From contig JABFXC010000054.1 of assembly GCA_013361935.1 (NCBI GenBank), forward strand, positions 678-64,677: 64,000 bases of DNA. The letters run 5' to 3'. Positions 42,820 to 53,114 of this stretch are shown here, piece by piece. Position numbers and translations under genes: made by a program. The DNA is from Gemmatimonadaceae bacterium. Its GTDB lineage: Bacteria; Gemmatimonadota; Gemmatimonadetes; Gemmatimonadales; Gemmatimonadaceae. The notes below the pieces were generated by a model. It searched no databases, was not told the DNA's origin, and saw nothing but the letters and a program-made list of their open reading frames with translations. Positions within the stretch are counted from its first letter, which is position 1, and every line of letters begins with the position of its first letter.

Positions 42820-45684
42820 TCAGGGCCGCGCGGGCGGCTGCCGGTCGAGCTCGCGCAGGACGTCGCCCAGCCTGCGCATCTCCTCGCCGTAGGTCGCCCA
42901 ATCGTCGGCGCGCTGCGCCGCACGCGCGCGGTCGTAGTGCTCGCGCGCCTGGCGGAGGAGCGCCGCCGTCTCGCCCGTGACGGCGGTCTCGGGCAGCCGA
43001 AGCGCGGGCGGCTCCGCCGTCGCGCCCCGCTCGTAGAGCGCCGAGAGCGCGTCGTCGAGCGACTCGCCCATCGAGACGCGTCCCTCGTGCACCGCGACCA
43101 CGCGCTTCAGCTCGGGGATCCGTCCGCCCTGCGCACGCAGGTAGATCGGCTGCACGTAGATCAGCGAGCCTTCGACGGGGAGCACGAGCAGCTCGCCGCG
43201 CAGCACCTCCGATCCTCGCTGGTCCCAGAGCGTCACCTGCCGCGAGACCTCGGTGTCCTGGTTGATGCGGTTGACGACCTGGTTCGGGCCGAAGACCAGC
43301 CGCTGGCGCGGGAAGCGATAGACGGCGAGCTCCCCATAGTGCGCGCCGTCGTTCCGGGCGACCATCCACGCGGCGAGGTTGTCCTTCTGCCGCGGCGTGA
43401 AGGGACGCATGAGGATGAACTCCGGCTCCGTCTCGCCGGGCAGGCGCATCACCATGTGCCGCAGGAACGCCTCGCCCTCGCCGCGCCGCGGGTCGCCGAT
43501 CGGACCCGCGGTCCCCGCGCCGCCGGGGATCTGCCACTCGTCCTCGCGGTGGTAGAAGGTCTCCGGGTTCACCATGTGGTACGTCGCGTAGAGCTGCGTC
43601 TGCAGACGGAAGAGATCCTCCGGGTAGCGGACGTGCGCGCGCAGGTCGGCGGGCATCGACGCGAAGGGACGCAGCAATCCCGGATACATCCGGTCGATCG
43701 TGCGGACCATCGGGTCGCGATCGTCCACGCGATAGGCGGCCACGCTGCCGTCGTACGCGTCGATGACGACCTTCACGCTGTTGCGCATGTAGTTGACGCC
43801 GCCGGCGACGCCGCGCGCATACGGGTAGTGATCGGTCGCGGTGTACGCGTCGAGCATCCACGAGAGCCGGCCGTCGGCGCCGATCACGAGATATGGATCG
43901 CGATCGAAGAGCACGAAGGGAAGCGCGCGCCGCGCGCGCTCGCGGACGTCGCGGTAGTAGAGGATACGCGTCGCGCTGGTGAGGTCGCGCGAGAGCAGGA
44001 TGTTGAGCGACCCGAATCGCACGGCGAAGAGCAGGCGGTGGAGGAAGGAGCTCACCGGCACCCCGCCGCGCCCGTCGTACTGCGAGTACACCGCCGCGTC
44101 CCCCTCCCCCGAGGGGAAGTCGAACTCGCGCTGCCGGCTCGGCGCGAGCACGAAGTCGTTCGAGAGCTCGCCGTAGTAGATCTGCGGGCGCGTGACGCGG
44201 ACGTCGACGCTCGACGCCGGCGGCAGGTCCTTGATGAAGAGCACCGGCAGCCCCTCGGCGGTCACCGCGTTCGAGGGCCCGAGGGCGAGCCCCATGCCGT
44301 GCGTGTAGGTGAGGTGCTCGTTGATGAAGCCGCGCGTCGGCAGCGACTGCGTGTCGAGCTCGCGCGGAGAGAGCAGCACCTGCCGCAGCTGGCCGCCCAG
44401 CCGGTAGCGATCGTCGTCGACGGAGACGAAGTCGTAGTAGGTGCGGATCGACTGGATCTGCCCGAAGGTCTGGAGCAGCGGCTCGCGATCCCAGAGGCGG
44501 ACGTTGTCGATGGTCGCGCGATTGCGCGCGACCAGCTCCGCCGTGAGCGGCATCGCCGTGCCCAGCTCCGCCGGCTCGACGCCGTCGATTCCCCACGCCT
44601 GACGCGTGGCGCGGATGTGATCGACGATCTGCGGCATCTCGCGCGCCAGCTCGTTGGGCTGCACGGCGAGTCGCTGCACCAGCGCCGGCACCGCCGCGGC
44701 GAGCACCGCGACCACGAGATAGCCGACGACGACGCGCCCCGCCGTCGCGACGAGCCGCTGCCGCGCCGCGCCCCAGACGATCAGCGCCCCACCGACCAGC
44801 GCGGCGACGCTGAGCACGTGCAGCGCCGGGATGCGCACGTGCAGATCGACGTAGCTCGCGCCGGTCAGTGGAAGGTGCTCGCCGAAGAGCAGCCCGGGGA
44901 TCCCGGCGAAGTGGATCCGCACCGCCATCACGATGAGGAGAAGCGCGGCGAGCGCGGCGAGCTGCGCCTCGCCTCGACGCCCGAGCACCGGCCGCCACCT
45001 GTTCCGGCGTCCCGGCGCGCGGCTGAGGTGGAAGGGGAGCGCGGCGAGCATGGCGAGCACGATGAGCCAGATCGCCGCTCCCGTCACGAGCTCGATCACC
45101 GGCAGGGTGAAGATGTAGTACCCGACGTCGCGCCCGAAGACCGGATCGACGGTACCGAACGGCGTGCGATACCAGTACTGGAGGATCGTCCGCCACTGCG
45201 CGGCGATCGCGAGGCCGAAGACGAGGGATACGAGGACCGCGATGGTTGCGCTGAGGTACCGCACCGCGCGGTCGAGCCCCGAGCGTGCGACGTCGGTGAT
45301 GCCGGACCGTTCGTAGATGTCGCTCATGCGCGTCGCGAGCGCTCGCGTCGTGGATCCGGCGGCCGCGATGCGTGCGCTGGCATAGAGCACGGCGAAGGCG
45401 ACGAGCCCCGCGGGGAGGCCGAGCGTCCACTGGGCGACGATCTTCGTGAAGAAGACGCGCTCGAAGCCGATCTCGCGATACCAGAGCCAGTCCGAGAGCC
45501 GGGTGGCGACGACGGGGAGGACGAGGAAGAGCGCGAGGAAGACGATCAGCGCGTAGAGGATCCACCGGGCGCGGCGCGGGTGGATCTCGACGGGGCGGGC
45601 GCCTAACGGCGGCAGGGGGCGGATGCCGGCGTCGCGGAGGCTGCGGATGATCGGATCGTCGTCGGGGGGCATTCGCTCGCTCAT
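42820..45684 (-). CDS. UPF0182-family large membrane protein
   Basis: 954 codons from MSERMPPDDDP within tracked ORF 42820..47601. Opening RWILYALIVFLALFLVLPVVATRLSDWLWYREIGFERVFFTKI is the family's characteristic start. Multi-TM N-terminal third and a large soluble C-terminal part. Confidence 0.85.
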   Translation of the reverse strand: MSERMPPDDDPIIRSLRDAGIRPLPPLGARPVEIHPRRARWILYALIVFLALFLVLPVVATRLSDWLWYREIGFERVFFTKIVAQWTLGLPAGLVAFAVLYASARIAAAGSTTRALATRMSDIYERSGITDVARSGLDRAVRYLSATIAVLVSLVFGLAIAAQWRTILQYWYRTPFGTVDPVFGRDVGYYIFTLPVIELVTGAAIWLIVLAMLAALPFHLSRAPGRRNRWRPVLGRRGEAQLAALAALLLIVMAVRIHFAGIPGLLFGEHLPLTGASYVDLHVRIPALHVLSVAALVGGALIVWGAARQRLVATAGRVVVGYLVVAVLAAAVPALVQRLAVQPNELAREMPQIVDHIRATRQAWGIDGVEPAELGTAMPLTAELVARNRATIDNVRLWDREPLLQTFGQIQSIRTYYDFVSVDDDRYRLGGQLRQVLLSPRELDTQSLPTRGFINEHLTYTHGMGLALGPSNAVTAEGLPVLFIKDLPPASSVDVRVTRPQIYYGELSNDFVLAPSRQREFDFPSGEGDAAVYSQYDGRGGVPVSSFLHRLLFAVRFGSLNILLSRDLTSATRILYYRDVRERARRALPFVLFDRDPYLVIGADGRLSWMLDAYTATDHYPYARGVAGGVNYMRNSVKVVIDAYDGSVAAYRVDDRDPMVRTIDRMYPGLLRPFASMPADLRAHVRYPEDLFRLQTQLYATYHMVNPETFYHREDEWQIPGGAGTAGPIGDPRRGEGEAFLRHMVMRLPGETEPEFILMRPFTPRQKDNLAAWMVARNDGAHYGELAVYRFPRQRLVFGPNQVVNRINQDTEVSRQVTLWDQRGSEVLRGELLVLPVEGSLIYVQPIYLRAQGGRIPELKRVVAVHEGRVSMGESLDDALSALYERGATAEPPALRLPETAVTGETAALLRQAREHYDRARAAQRADDWATYGEEMRRLGDVLRELDRQPPARP

Positions 45685-45882
45685 CCGGACCTCCAGCGGG
45701 ATCGGTGCGGACGGGGGGGAGACTCCGCGCACCCGGTCAATCTGGGGGAGGGGACGCGGGGTCGCGAGCCGGTAACGGTCCGGCGATCCCCCTCGCGTTC
45801 CAGGCCGGGGCGCGTAGTTTCGGCGGGGATCGCCTCCCGACGCCGGGGGCGCATCGATGACCGACTCTCTGGAGGACCGTGC

Positions 45883-47388
45883 ATGACCAGCCCCCGCAGT
45901 CGTCGCTTCCCCCGCGCTCTCGCCGCAGCGGCGGCACTCGCCTTCGTGCTCGCCGGATGCGAGCGCTCGGCCACCGCGCCCGTCGCGCCCGCTCGCGCCT
46001 TCGCCGGCGCACCATCCTTCGCCACCGTCCCGGCACAGGGCACGGCCGGCACCCTCGACTTCGCGACCTGGAACATCGAGTGGTTCGGCGACGCGGCGAA
46101 CGGCCCCACGAACGAGGCGCTGCAGCAGTCCAACGTGCGTGACGTGATCGCCGGCGCTGACGCAGACATCTGGGGACTCGAGGAAGTCGTCTCGAAGAGC
46201 GCCTTCGATACGCTCGTGGCGCGCCTTCCCGGATATGCCGGCATCCTCGCGAACGACTCCAGCGTCGTGAACGGCCCGCAGTACTACAGTGACTTCAGCA
46301 ACACCGAGCAGAAGGTCGCGCTGGTCTGGAAGACCTCCGTCGCCACGCTGCGCGGCGCGAAGATCATCCTCACGGCGTCCGACTACGACTTCGCGGGCCG
46401 CCCCCCGATGGAGGTGCAGCTCACCACGACGCTGAACGGGGTGACGCAGGACCTCGTCGTGATCGTGCTCCACATGAAGTCCGGCGCGGACGCCACGAGC
46501 TGGCAGCGGCGCCAGAACGCGGGCAATGCGCTCAAGAGCTACCTCGACACGACGTACCCGACGCAGAAGGTGATCGTCCTCGGCGACTGGAACGACGACG
46601 TCGACACGTCGATCCTCGCCGGCAGCCCGACCCCCTACGCGAGCATCGTCGCGGACAGCGCGCGCTACCGCTATCCCCTCAAGGCGCTCTCCGACGCGGG
46701 GCAGACGTCGGAGGTGAACTACGCCGGCTCGCTCATCGACCAGCACCTCGTGACGAACGAGCTGCTCGCCGACTACGTCGCCGGCTCGGGAGAAGTGTTC
46801 CGCGCCGACCAGTACGTGACGAGCTACGGCACGACGACGAGCGACCACTATCCGACCATCACGCGCTACGGCGTCTCCGGCGGCGGCGGAAGCACGAACG
46901 CGGCGCCGACGGCGAGCTTCACGAGCGCCTGCACCGACCTGTCCTGCACCTTCACCGACGCGAGCACCGACAGCGACGGCTCGATCGCCGCGTGGAGCTG
47001 GAACTTCGGCGACGGCGCGACGTCGACCGCGCAGAGCCCGACCCACGACTACGCCGCCGCGGGGAGCTACACGGTGACCCTCACCGTCACCGACAACGCC
47101 GGCGCGACCGGCACGACGACGCGCAGCGTGAGCGTCACCGCGCCGGCGAGCGGGATCACTCTCTCGACCCGCGGCTACAAGGTGAGGGGGAGCGCCCGCG
47201 TCGACCTCACCTGGAGCGGGGCCACCGGCGCGACGGTGGACGTGTACCGCAACGGGACGAGAGTCGCGACGCCCTCGAACACGGGCGCGTACACAGACGT
47301 GCTGGGCAAGGTGAACGGCACGTTCACGTACAAGGTCTGCAACGCGGGCACCACCGTGTGCTCGCCGAATTCGAGCGCGACGTTCTGA
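45883..47388 (+). CDS. Secreted endonuclease/exonuclease/phosphatase-family lipoprotein with PKD-like and C-terminal beta-sandwich domains
   Basis: Lipobox LAFVLAGC. EEP motifs FATWNIEWFG, DIWGLEEV, VIVLHMKSG, GDWNDD and SDHYP. PKD-like FTDASTDSDGSIAAWSWNFGDGATS...HDYAAAGSYTVTLTVTDNAG. Confidence 0.85.
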   Translation: MTSPRSRRFPRALAAAAALAFVLAGCERSATAPVAPARAFAGAPSFATVPAQGTAGTLDFATWNIEWFGDAANGPTNEALQQSNVRDVIAGADADIWGLEEVVSKSAFDTLVARLPGYAGILANDSSVVNGPQYYSDFSNTEQKVALVWKTSVATLRGAKIILTASDYDFAGRPPMEVQLTTTLNGVTQDLVVIVLHMKSGADATSWQRRQNAGNALKSYLDTTYPTQKVIVLGDWNDDVDTSILAGSPTPYASIVADSARYRYPLKALSDAGQTSEVNYAGSLIDQHLVTNELLADYVAGSGEVFRADQYVTSYGTTTSDHYPTITRYGVSGGGGSTNAAPTASFTSACTDLSCTFTDASTDSDGSIAAWSWNFGDGATSTAQSPTHDYAAAGSYTVTLTVTDNAGATGTTTRSVSVTAPASGITLSTRGYKVRGSARVDLTWSGATGATVDVYRNGTRVATPSNTGAYTDVLGKVNGTFTYKVCNAGTTVCSPNSSATF

Positions 47389-47470
47389 GCTGGTGACTTG
47401 CGGCTGTCCGGGGGTGGGGCGAGCTTCGTCGCTTCGAGAGGCCCTGCCCCGCCCCCGCACCGCCGCCCAC

Positions 47471-48763
47471 ATGCAGACCCGTGCCTGCCTGACGCTCCTC
47501 GCCGCGCTCGCGCCGGCGCTTCCGCTCCTCGCGCAGAGCAGCTCCCCGTCATACGCGCGCGTCGATTCGGCTGTGGTCGACGAGCTGCGGCGAACGAGCA
47601 CACCCGGCGCCGCCGTAGCGCTCGTCGTCGGCGACAGCGTCGTCTACGCGAAGGGGTTCGGGAGCACGGCCGCGGATGGCGCGGCGGTGACGCCGGCGAC
47701 GACCTTCCGCATCGCGTCGATCACGAAGGTCTTCACCGCCGCGACGCTCGTCTCGCTCGCCGAGGCGGGGCGCGTCGATCTCGCGGCGCCGATCGGCGCG
47801 CGGCTGGGCGAGCTCCCCGACTCGCTCCGCCGCATCACCGCGCACCAGCTCCTCAGCCATACCGCGGGCCTCATCATGATGCCGGCGCCGGCCACCGGAG
47901 CCGATCCCGCGACCGCGCTCGCCGACGCGGCGGCGCGGGTGCCGGCGCGCGCGGCCTTCACCGCGCCCGGCGAGATCTTCTCCTACTCCAACCTCGGCTA
48001 CCAGCTCGCCGGCCGGCTGATCGAGGTGGCGGGCGAGCGGCCATACGCCGAGCAGGTGCGGCGGACGCTGCTGATGCCGTTAGGCCTCACGGCGACGAGC
48101 TTCGATTCCACGGTGGGACTGGGGGCGCTCCCCTTCGCCGGGCTGTCCTCGAACGTGCTCGACCTGTCGCGCTTCGCGATCGCCTTCATGAACGCGGGAC
48201 GCCCGGACGGATCGCGCGCGCTCACGTCGCCGATGGTCGCCCGCCTCACGGCGCCCGCCGCGCGCTTCCAGAGCGGCCCCGGCGACTACGGCTACGGGCT
48301 GCGGCTGTACCGGCATCGCGGGGTGGACGTGGTGGAGCACGGCGGCGTAGATCCCGCGGGCTATCGCAGCCTGCTGTACATGGTGCCCTCGCGGCGGGTC
48401 GCGGTGATCGTGCTCGCGAACCGCGCCGGGCGTCGGCCGTACGCGATCGCGGACGCGGCGCTCGATGCGCTGATTCCCGGTGCGGTGACGCCGGTCGTCG
48501 CTCCGGCGGCGGTGGTGCCGATGGACTCGGCGGAGATGACGCGCTACACCGGGCGGTACGCGGGCGGGCTGGTCGTGGAGGTCAGCGTCGACAATGGAGT
48601 GCTGACGCTGCACCAGGGCGCGCAGGCGCTGTCGATCCGGAAGCTGGCGAGTGGGGAGCTGGTGGCGGGGGGAGAGGAAGGTCAGTTCATCGCCTTCGTG
48701 CCGGGGAGCGACGGCGCGGTGAAGTACCTGCACTTCAACATGCGGGCGTTCCGGCGGATGTGA
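47471..48763 (+). CDS. Serine hydrolase, beta-lactamase class C / PBP4*-like family
   Basis: Signal peptide MQTRACLTLLAALAPALPLLAQ. SxxK motif FRIASITKVFTA. YSN motif (FSYSNLGY). Confidence 0.85.
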   Translation: MQTRACLTLLAALAPALPLLAQSSSPSYARVDSAVVDELRRTSTPGAAVALVVGDSVVYAKGFGSTAADGAAVTPATTFRIASITKVFTAATLVSLAEAGRVDLAAPIGARLGELPDSLRRITAHQLLSHTAGLIMMPAPATGADPATALADAAARVPARAAFTAPGEIFSYSNLGYQLAGRLIEVAGERPYAEQVRRTLLMPLGLTATSFDSTVGLGALPFAGLSSNVLDLSRFAIAFMNAGRPDGSRALTSPMVARLTAPAARFQSGPGDYGYGLRLYRHRGVDVVEHGGVDPAGYRSLLYMVPSRRVAVIVLANRAGRRPYAIADAALDALIPGAVTPVVAPAAVVPMDSAEMTRYTGRYAGGLVVEVSVDNGVLTLHQGAQALSIRKLASGELVAGGEEGQFIAFVPGSDGAVKYLHFNMRAFRRM

Positions 48764-48812
48764 GCCCTGATCGCCAGCGGGTTCGACCACATCGACCGGG
48801 TGGCGACGCGCG

Positions 48813-49742
48813 CTAGAAGAAGCGCCGGACCAGCTGGACGTTCACGCTCGTCGCGATCACCGGCCGGCACGCCCCCTTCGTCGGGCAGAACGCGGCGAGG
48901 TCGATCGTGCGCAGGTGCACCACCGCGCCCCACAGGTCGGCGTGCGTCAGCATGTCGTGCTGGTACGCGGCGGCCACCCCGAGGTGGTTCACCAGCCGCG
49001 CGACGGTGTTGTTCGCGAAGAAGTAGTAGCTCATCCCGAGCTGCGTCACCGGCGACGACGGCCGGAATCCCCCGACGCTCGGCTCGTACTGGTAGCCGAT
49101 CACCTGCTCGCGCGCGATGAATTCCCAGTGGGTGGGCATCGCGACGACGCTGTTGATCGTCGGGTTCGTGAAGGCGTCCTCGGTGAGCACCATCTCGAGC
49201 AGGTTGAGCCGCTCGCTCGCGTCGCCGTACTTGATGAAGAAGCGGCGGTAGTACTCGTCGAGCTGGAGGGCGAGCCGGTCGAGGAGGCGCTGCGTGATGC
49301 GGTTCGCGGGGCCCGCGAGCGGCGCGGGGACCGTCCCGTTCCGGTAGATGTCACGCCTCACGCTCTCGAAGAGCGCGCGCAATCCTTCGAGGATCGGCCG
49401 AGCGATGTCGGTCGACGCGCGACGGTCGCCGACGACGCGCAGCAGCTCGCGCAGCTCCTTCTGCGTGTTGCGCACGCCCGTCTGGCCGGCGGGATCGCTC
49501 GCGAGGCCACCCCACCCACCGGGCTGCTCCGTGATCCGCGTCAGCTCGGCGTCGTACTCGCCGAACCACTTCCGGATGTCCTCGAAGTCGTCGAAGGTGA
49601 GCGCGAAGTCGTCCTGCGGCGGGCGCGCCGCCGCGGCGACGACGGGCGTCGGTGTCCCCGGCAGCCGGACCGCCGGCGCCTGCGCGCGCAGCGCGGCCGG
49701 GATGAGCGCCGTGGCGAAGAGTGTCGCTCTCAGAAGAGCCAT
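48813..49742 (-). CDS. Secreted hypothetical protein, possible OM beta-barrel C-terminal half (third gene of hydrolase operon)
   Basis: 309 codons from MALLRATLFATALIPAALRAQA (signal peptide). Helical N-terminal half, then strand-like alternation ending VNVQLVRRFF (terminal aromatic). 13-nt overlap with the upstream gene. Confidence 0.6.
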   Translation of the reverse strand: MALLRATLFATALIPAALRAQAPAVRLPGTPTPVVAAAARPPQDDFALTFDDFEDIRKWFGEYDAELTRITEQPGGWGGLASDPAGQTGVRNTQKELRELLRVVGDRRASTDIARPILEGLRALFESVRRDIYRNGTVPAPLAGPANRITQRLLDRLALQLDEYYRRFFIKYGDASERLNLLEMVLTEDAFTNPTINSVVAMPTHWEFIAREQVIGYQYEPSVGGFRPSSPVTQLGMSYYFFANNTVARLVNHLGVAAAYQHDMLTHADLWGAVVHLRTIDLAAFCPTKGACRPVIATSVNVQLVRRFF

Positions 49743-50581
49743 GACGCGATCACCTCCCGGTTGTGAGCGATGTACGACTCGATCATCGAGTGTCCTTCCC
49801 AGAAGCGCTTGAGCGGCGTGTCCGTCGAGAAGAGGCGGAATTCGTCCACGAGGTCGTTGTCGGGGGTGCGCGCGTAGAAGGCGGCGTCGTTGATGTGGAT
49901 GAAGGGGTCCTTGCGGTTGTAGAGCGCGCCGCAGCGGCGGATCATGCTGTACCAGCGCCCGCTCGCCGTGCGCTTGTATGGCTTCCGGCACGCGTTCTCG
50001 GTGAGGTAGCGGTCGGCGCCGAGCGCGTGCAGCACGTGGTAGATCGGCGCGAGCATCGGCGCACACGTGACGAGATTGACGTCGACGACCTGCACGAGCG
50101 CCGCGGTGTCGAAGGCCCGGTAGATCCCCTCGTAGCCGATGTAGGTGCCGAGGCTGTGCGAGAGCACACCGATCCGCGCGTCGTGGATGTCCCCGGTCGG
50201 ACCGACGAGCTCCAGCGCGCGCTTGAGTGCACGCGCATACGTCTGGACGAAGCGGAGCTGCGCCGCATCGAGCGCGCCGCGGAGGAGCACGTTCTCGACG
50301 ACGTCGTACGCGTAATCCTCGAGCGAGTCCTTCACCTGCTCGGGCGTCGCGCTCGGGAGGAGATGGCTGAGCGTCTCGAACTTCTGCCGGATCGCCTCGT
50401 TCGAGTCCTCGTAGATCACCTCGAAGAGATGGATCTCGCGCGCGCCGGTGTACATGACCTTCCGATCGCCCGTGGTGACGAGGGAGCCGCCGGGAAAGAG
50501 TGCCTGCGCCCAGGCGTCGGTGTCCCCCGACTCCGGGTCGCCCATCCCCACGATCATGATCAGGATCTCTGGTATCGGCAT
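49730..50581 (-). CDS. Alpha/beta-hydrolase-like (lipase-like) protein, divergent
   Basis: 283 aa. N-terminal strand ILIMIVGMGD and nucleophile-elbow-like IGVLSHSLGTYIG. No signal peptide. Confidence 0.6.
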   Translation of the reverse strand: MPIPEILIMIVGMGDPESGDTDAWAQALFPGGSLVTTGDRKVMYTGAREIHLFEVIYEDSNEAIRQKFETLSHLLPSATPEQVKDSLEDYAYDVVENVLLRGALDAAQLRFVQTYARALKRALELVGPTGDIHDARIGVLSHSLGTYIGYEGIYRAFDTAALVQVVDVNLVTCAPMLAPIYHVLHALGADRYLTENACRKPYKRTASGRWYSMIRRCGALYNRKDPFIHINDAAFYARTPDNDLVDEFRLFSTDTPLKRFWEGHSMIESYIAHNREVIASWLF

Positions 50582-50612
50582 CGCTCGCTCGCGTGTGAGG
50601 GTGTGGCGGACG

Positions 50613-53114
50613 TCACCCGATCAGGGTGTCGATCTCGGTCGCGACGTCCTTGCTGGTCCAGTAGCGCGTATGCGTCCCCGCGCCGAGGCATCGCTCGGTG
50701 CGGCGATCGCCCGCCCGGCAGAAGCCGGTCGACCAGACGTCGTCCCAGTCCTCCGGCTGCCAGAGCGTGCGGCCGACGTAGTCTCCGGTGGTGTAGAGGT
50801 TCACCCACTTGCTGACCGCGAGGGCGCGGGGATCGGGAGTGCGATCCTCGAAGTCGACCGGCTTCGCGTCATCGTCGCTCGCGTCCACCCAGCGATAGAG
50901 ATGGGGAAAGTTCTTCGCGTAGAGCTGGCGGAGGGGCGATCCCATCGTGAGCAGCCTGACGTCCATCCCATCGAGCGGGACGCTCGGATCCTGCGTCGCG
51001 ACGAGAAAGCGAAGGAAGTCGGCGCTGATCACCGTCCCCTGCGAGTGCGCGACGATGACGATGCGGTCGAAGTATGGGCGTTCCTGCTCCGTCGCGGTGG
51101 CCGGCGCCTTCCGCGCGACGATGTAGCGCAGGAGCGACGCGTAGCGCTCGGCCATCCGCGCTCGCGGCGTGCCGTCGACGGGCGACTCGCGCAAGTAGTT
51201 GTCCACGTCGAGGAGGATGCCGAGGGCGGGACGGGCGCGATTCGCCAGCGTCTTCACGCGCAGCCAGAGCGCGGCGATCGTTGCCGCCGACGCGCCGAAG
51301 ACGATCGCGATGCGCGTGAGGATCGGCGTCATCCCGTTCGGATCGAGGAGCCTGCGCAGCCATGGCCACGACGGCAGCGCGCCGACGTCGCGCAGCGTGT
51401 CGGCCAGTAGGCCGATGAGGATGAAGGCGAGGACCGCCGTGACGAGCACTAGGCCCGCGGCGCGGAGGAGCGCGAAGCCGTCGGTCATCCAGTCGCCGAG
51501 GCGCGACCAGCGCGGAGAGTCCGCGGGCGGCGTCCAGATGCTCGTCGAGATCACGATGACGACGAGCCACGACGCGAGGATCCCGGCGAGGAGCACGATC
51601 ACCAGCGCCAGCCGCAGCCCGGAGGTCCCGCTCTGGGCGATGAGCTTCTCGAGGAAGCGGTGCGTCTGCTCCCCCGGCTGTCCCGGCGGGTCGACCTCGT
51701 CGCGCGGCAGGTCGGGGGCGAGGAAGCGGCTGACGATCGGCAGCGGCGCGCTGGCCGTCGCGTGCGGGAAGATGTCGAGTCGCTCGTGATATCGCGTCGC
51801 GACGTTCAACAGCGACTCGTAGAGCACGAGCGCCGTCATGATGAAGAAGAAGACCGTGACCGCGATGGTGACGCGCGCGGTCCACGAGGCGCGCCCGGCG
51901 CGCGCCTTCTCCGGTTGCGTGCGAGCCGCGCGGTAGACGAGCAGCCGCAGCCCCGACGCGACGAACATCGCCAGCCAGAGCGCGATCCAGCTCAGCATGA
52001 GCGCGACGTAGCTCCACTGGAAGCCGACGAAGCCGACGTTGCGCAGCCGCTCGACGAGAGTCGGCGCGGCGACGAGGGAGCGGCTCGCCCAGACCGGGAC
52101 GATGACGGCGAGGACGATTCCCCATCCCCAGCCGAGCGCGCCGGGGCGCGTCGAGTGGTAGCGGGCGAGGAACCAGGCGAAGGTCGCGATCGCCAGGACG
52201 ACGGCGAGCACCGCGATCGCGACGGACCCGATCCCCTCCGTCCTCGCCTTCGGCGCGTACACGATGGCACCCACCGCTCCGCCGACGGCGAGCAACGCGA
52301 CCGTGATGACGACTCGGGCGGCGTGCCTCATCCGCGCCGCGAAGCCCGCGACCATCATCGCGATGACGACCAATCCGATCGCGGCGATCGCGACCGCGAT
52401 CGGGAATCGCAGCGAGGGACGGAGCGCGGCGGGGACGAAGAGGAAGAGCCAGTCGAGCATCAGCACCGTCGCGACCGGCACCGCGATGGTGAAGAGCCGC
52501 ACCGCCATCGCGTGTACCCGCCGGTACCTCCCCGCGGCCCGCGCGTGGCGGGAACCCTGGTCGTCGGCGCGCGCCTCCTCGAAGGCGATGTCGAGCGTCT
52601 TCCGGCCGAGGTGACAGACGTGCTGGAGGAGCTGGTAGAGCGCGCCGAGCATCCGGAGGAACCCCGCGCCGACGCGCGAGAGGTCGGCCCAGTGCATCTC
52701 GTAGATGTGGACCGTGGTCTCCGTGATCTCCCTGGTCTCCTTCTCTTTGCGCCGGCGCGTACCCGTGAGCTCGATCGTCGCGTACGGCTGCCGGTCGCTC
52801 CGGTATCCCGCGAGCTGCCGTCGCATGAACTGCACGTCGGGGCGGAACGGCTTCAGCTCCGTGTCCAGCTCGACGCGGTCCTCGAAGCGGAAGGCGTTGC
52901 GGATGCGCGCCCAGAACGAGGGGCGGGTCCCGTCCCGCGCGGGACCGGCGCCGACCGGGTCGGTGGGGAGGATGACGTGCTGCTCGCTGAACGCGCGGTA
53001 GTCGGACGCGTTAGGCGCGCAGCGGACGAGCAGCTCGGCGATGCTCCGCGCGGTGGCGTCCTGCGGCGGACTGCCGACGCCATGGACGGCGATAACGGCG
53101 ACGTGCTCGGGCAT
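50613..53114 (-). CDS. Alpha/beta-hydrolase (lipase-like) split by a ~450-aa polytopic membrane insertion
   Basis: 833 aa. N-terminal VAVIAVHGVGSPP (strand plus HG oxyanion-type motif). About 11 predicted TM helices between roughly residues 200 and 620. C-terminal IVIVAHSQGTVISADFL (G/A-x-S-x-G elbow) and LLTMGSPLRQLY. Confidence 0.7.
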   Translation of the reverse strand: MPEHVAVIAVHGVGSPPQDATARSIAELLVRCAPNASDYRAFSEQHVILPTDPVGAGPARDGTRPSFWARIRNAFRFEDRVELDTELKPFRPDVQFMRRQLAGYRSDRQPYATIELTGTRRRKEKETREITETTVHIYEMHWADLSRVGAGFLRMLGALYQLLQHVCHLGRKTLDIAFEEARADDQGSRHARAAGRYRRVHAMAVRLFTIAVPVATVLMLDWLFLFVPAALRPSLRFPIAVAIAAIGLVVIAMMVAGFAARMRHAARVVITVALLAVGGAVGAIVYAPKARTEGIGSVAIAVLAVVLAIATFAWFLARYHSTRPGALGWGWGIVLAVIVPVWASRSLVAAPTLVERLRNVGFVGFQWSYVALMLSWIALWLAMFVASGLRLLVYRAARTQPEKARAGRASWTARVTIAVTVFFFIMTALVLYESLLNVATRYHERLDIFPHATASAPLPIVSRFLAPDLPRDEVDPPGQPGEQTHRFLEKLIAQSGTSGLRLALVIVLLAGILASWLVVIVISTSIWTPPADSPRWSRLGDWMTDGFALLRAAGLVLVTAVLAFILIGLLADTLRDVGALPSWPWLRRLLDPNGMTPILTRIAIVFGASAATIAALWLRVKTLANRARPALGILLDVDNYLRESPVDGTPRARMAERYASLLRYIVARKAPATATEQERPYFDRIVIVAHSQGTVISADFLRFLVATQDPSVPLDGMDVRLLTMGSPLRQLYAKNFPHLYRWVDASDDDAKPVDFEDRTPDPRALAVSKWVNLYTTGDYVGRTLWQPEDWDDVWSTGFCRAGDRRTERCLGAGTHTRYWTSKDVATEIDTLIG

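Noticed and set aside
42820-47601. A 1593-aa ORF suggesting a giant protein.
   Set aside because: The N-terminal ~640 codons are low-complexity and antisense to the well-supported EEP nuclease gene. The UPF0182 protein starts at the internal MSERMPP (45684).
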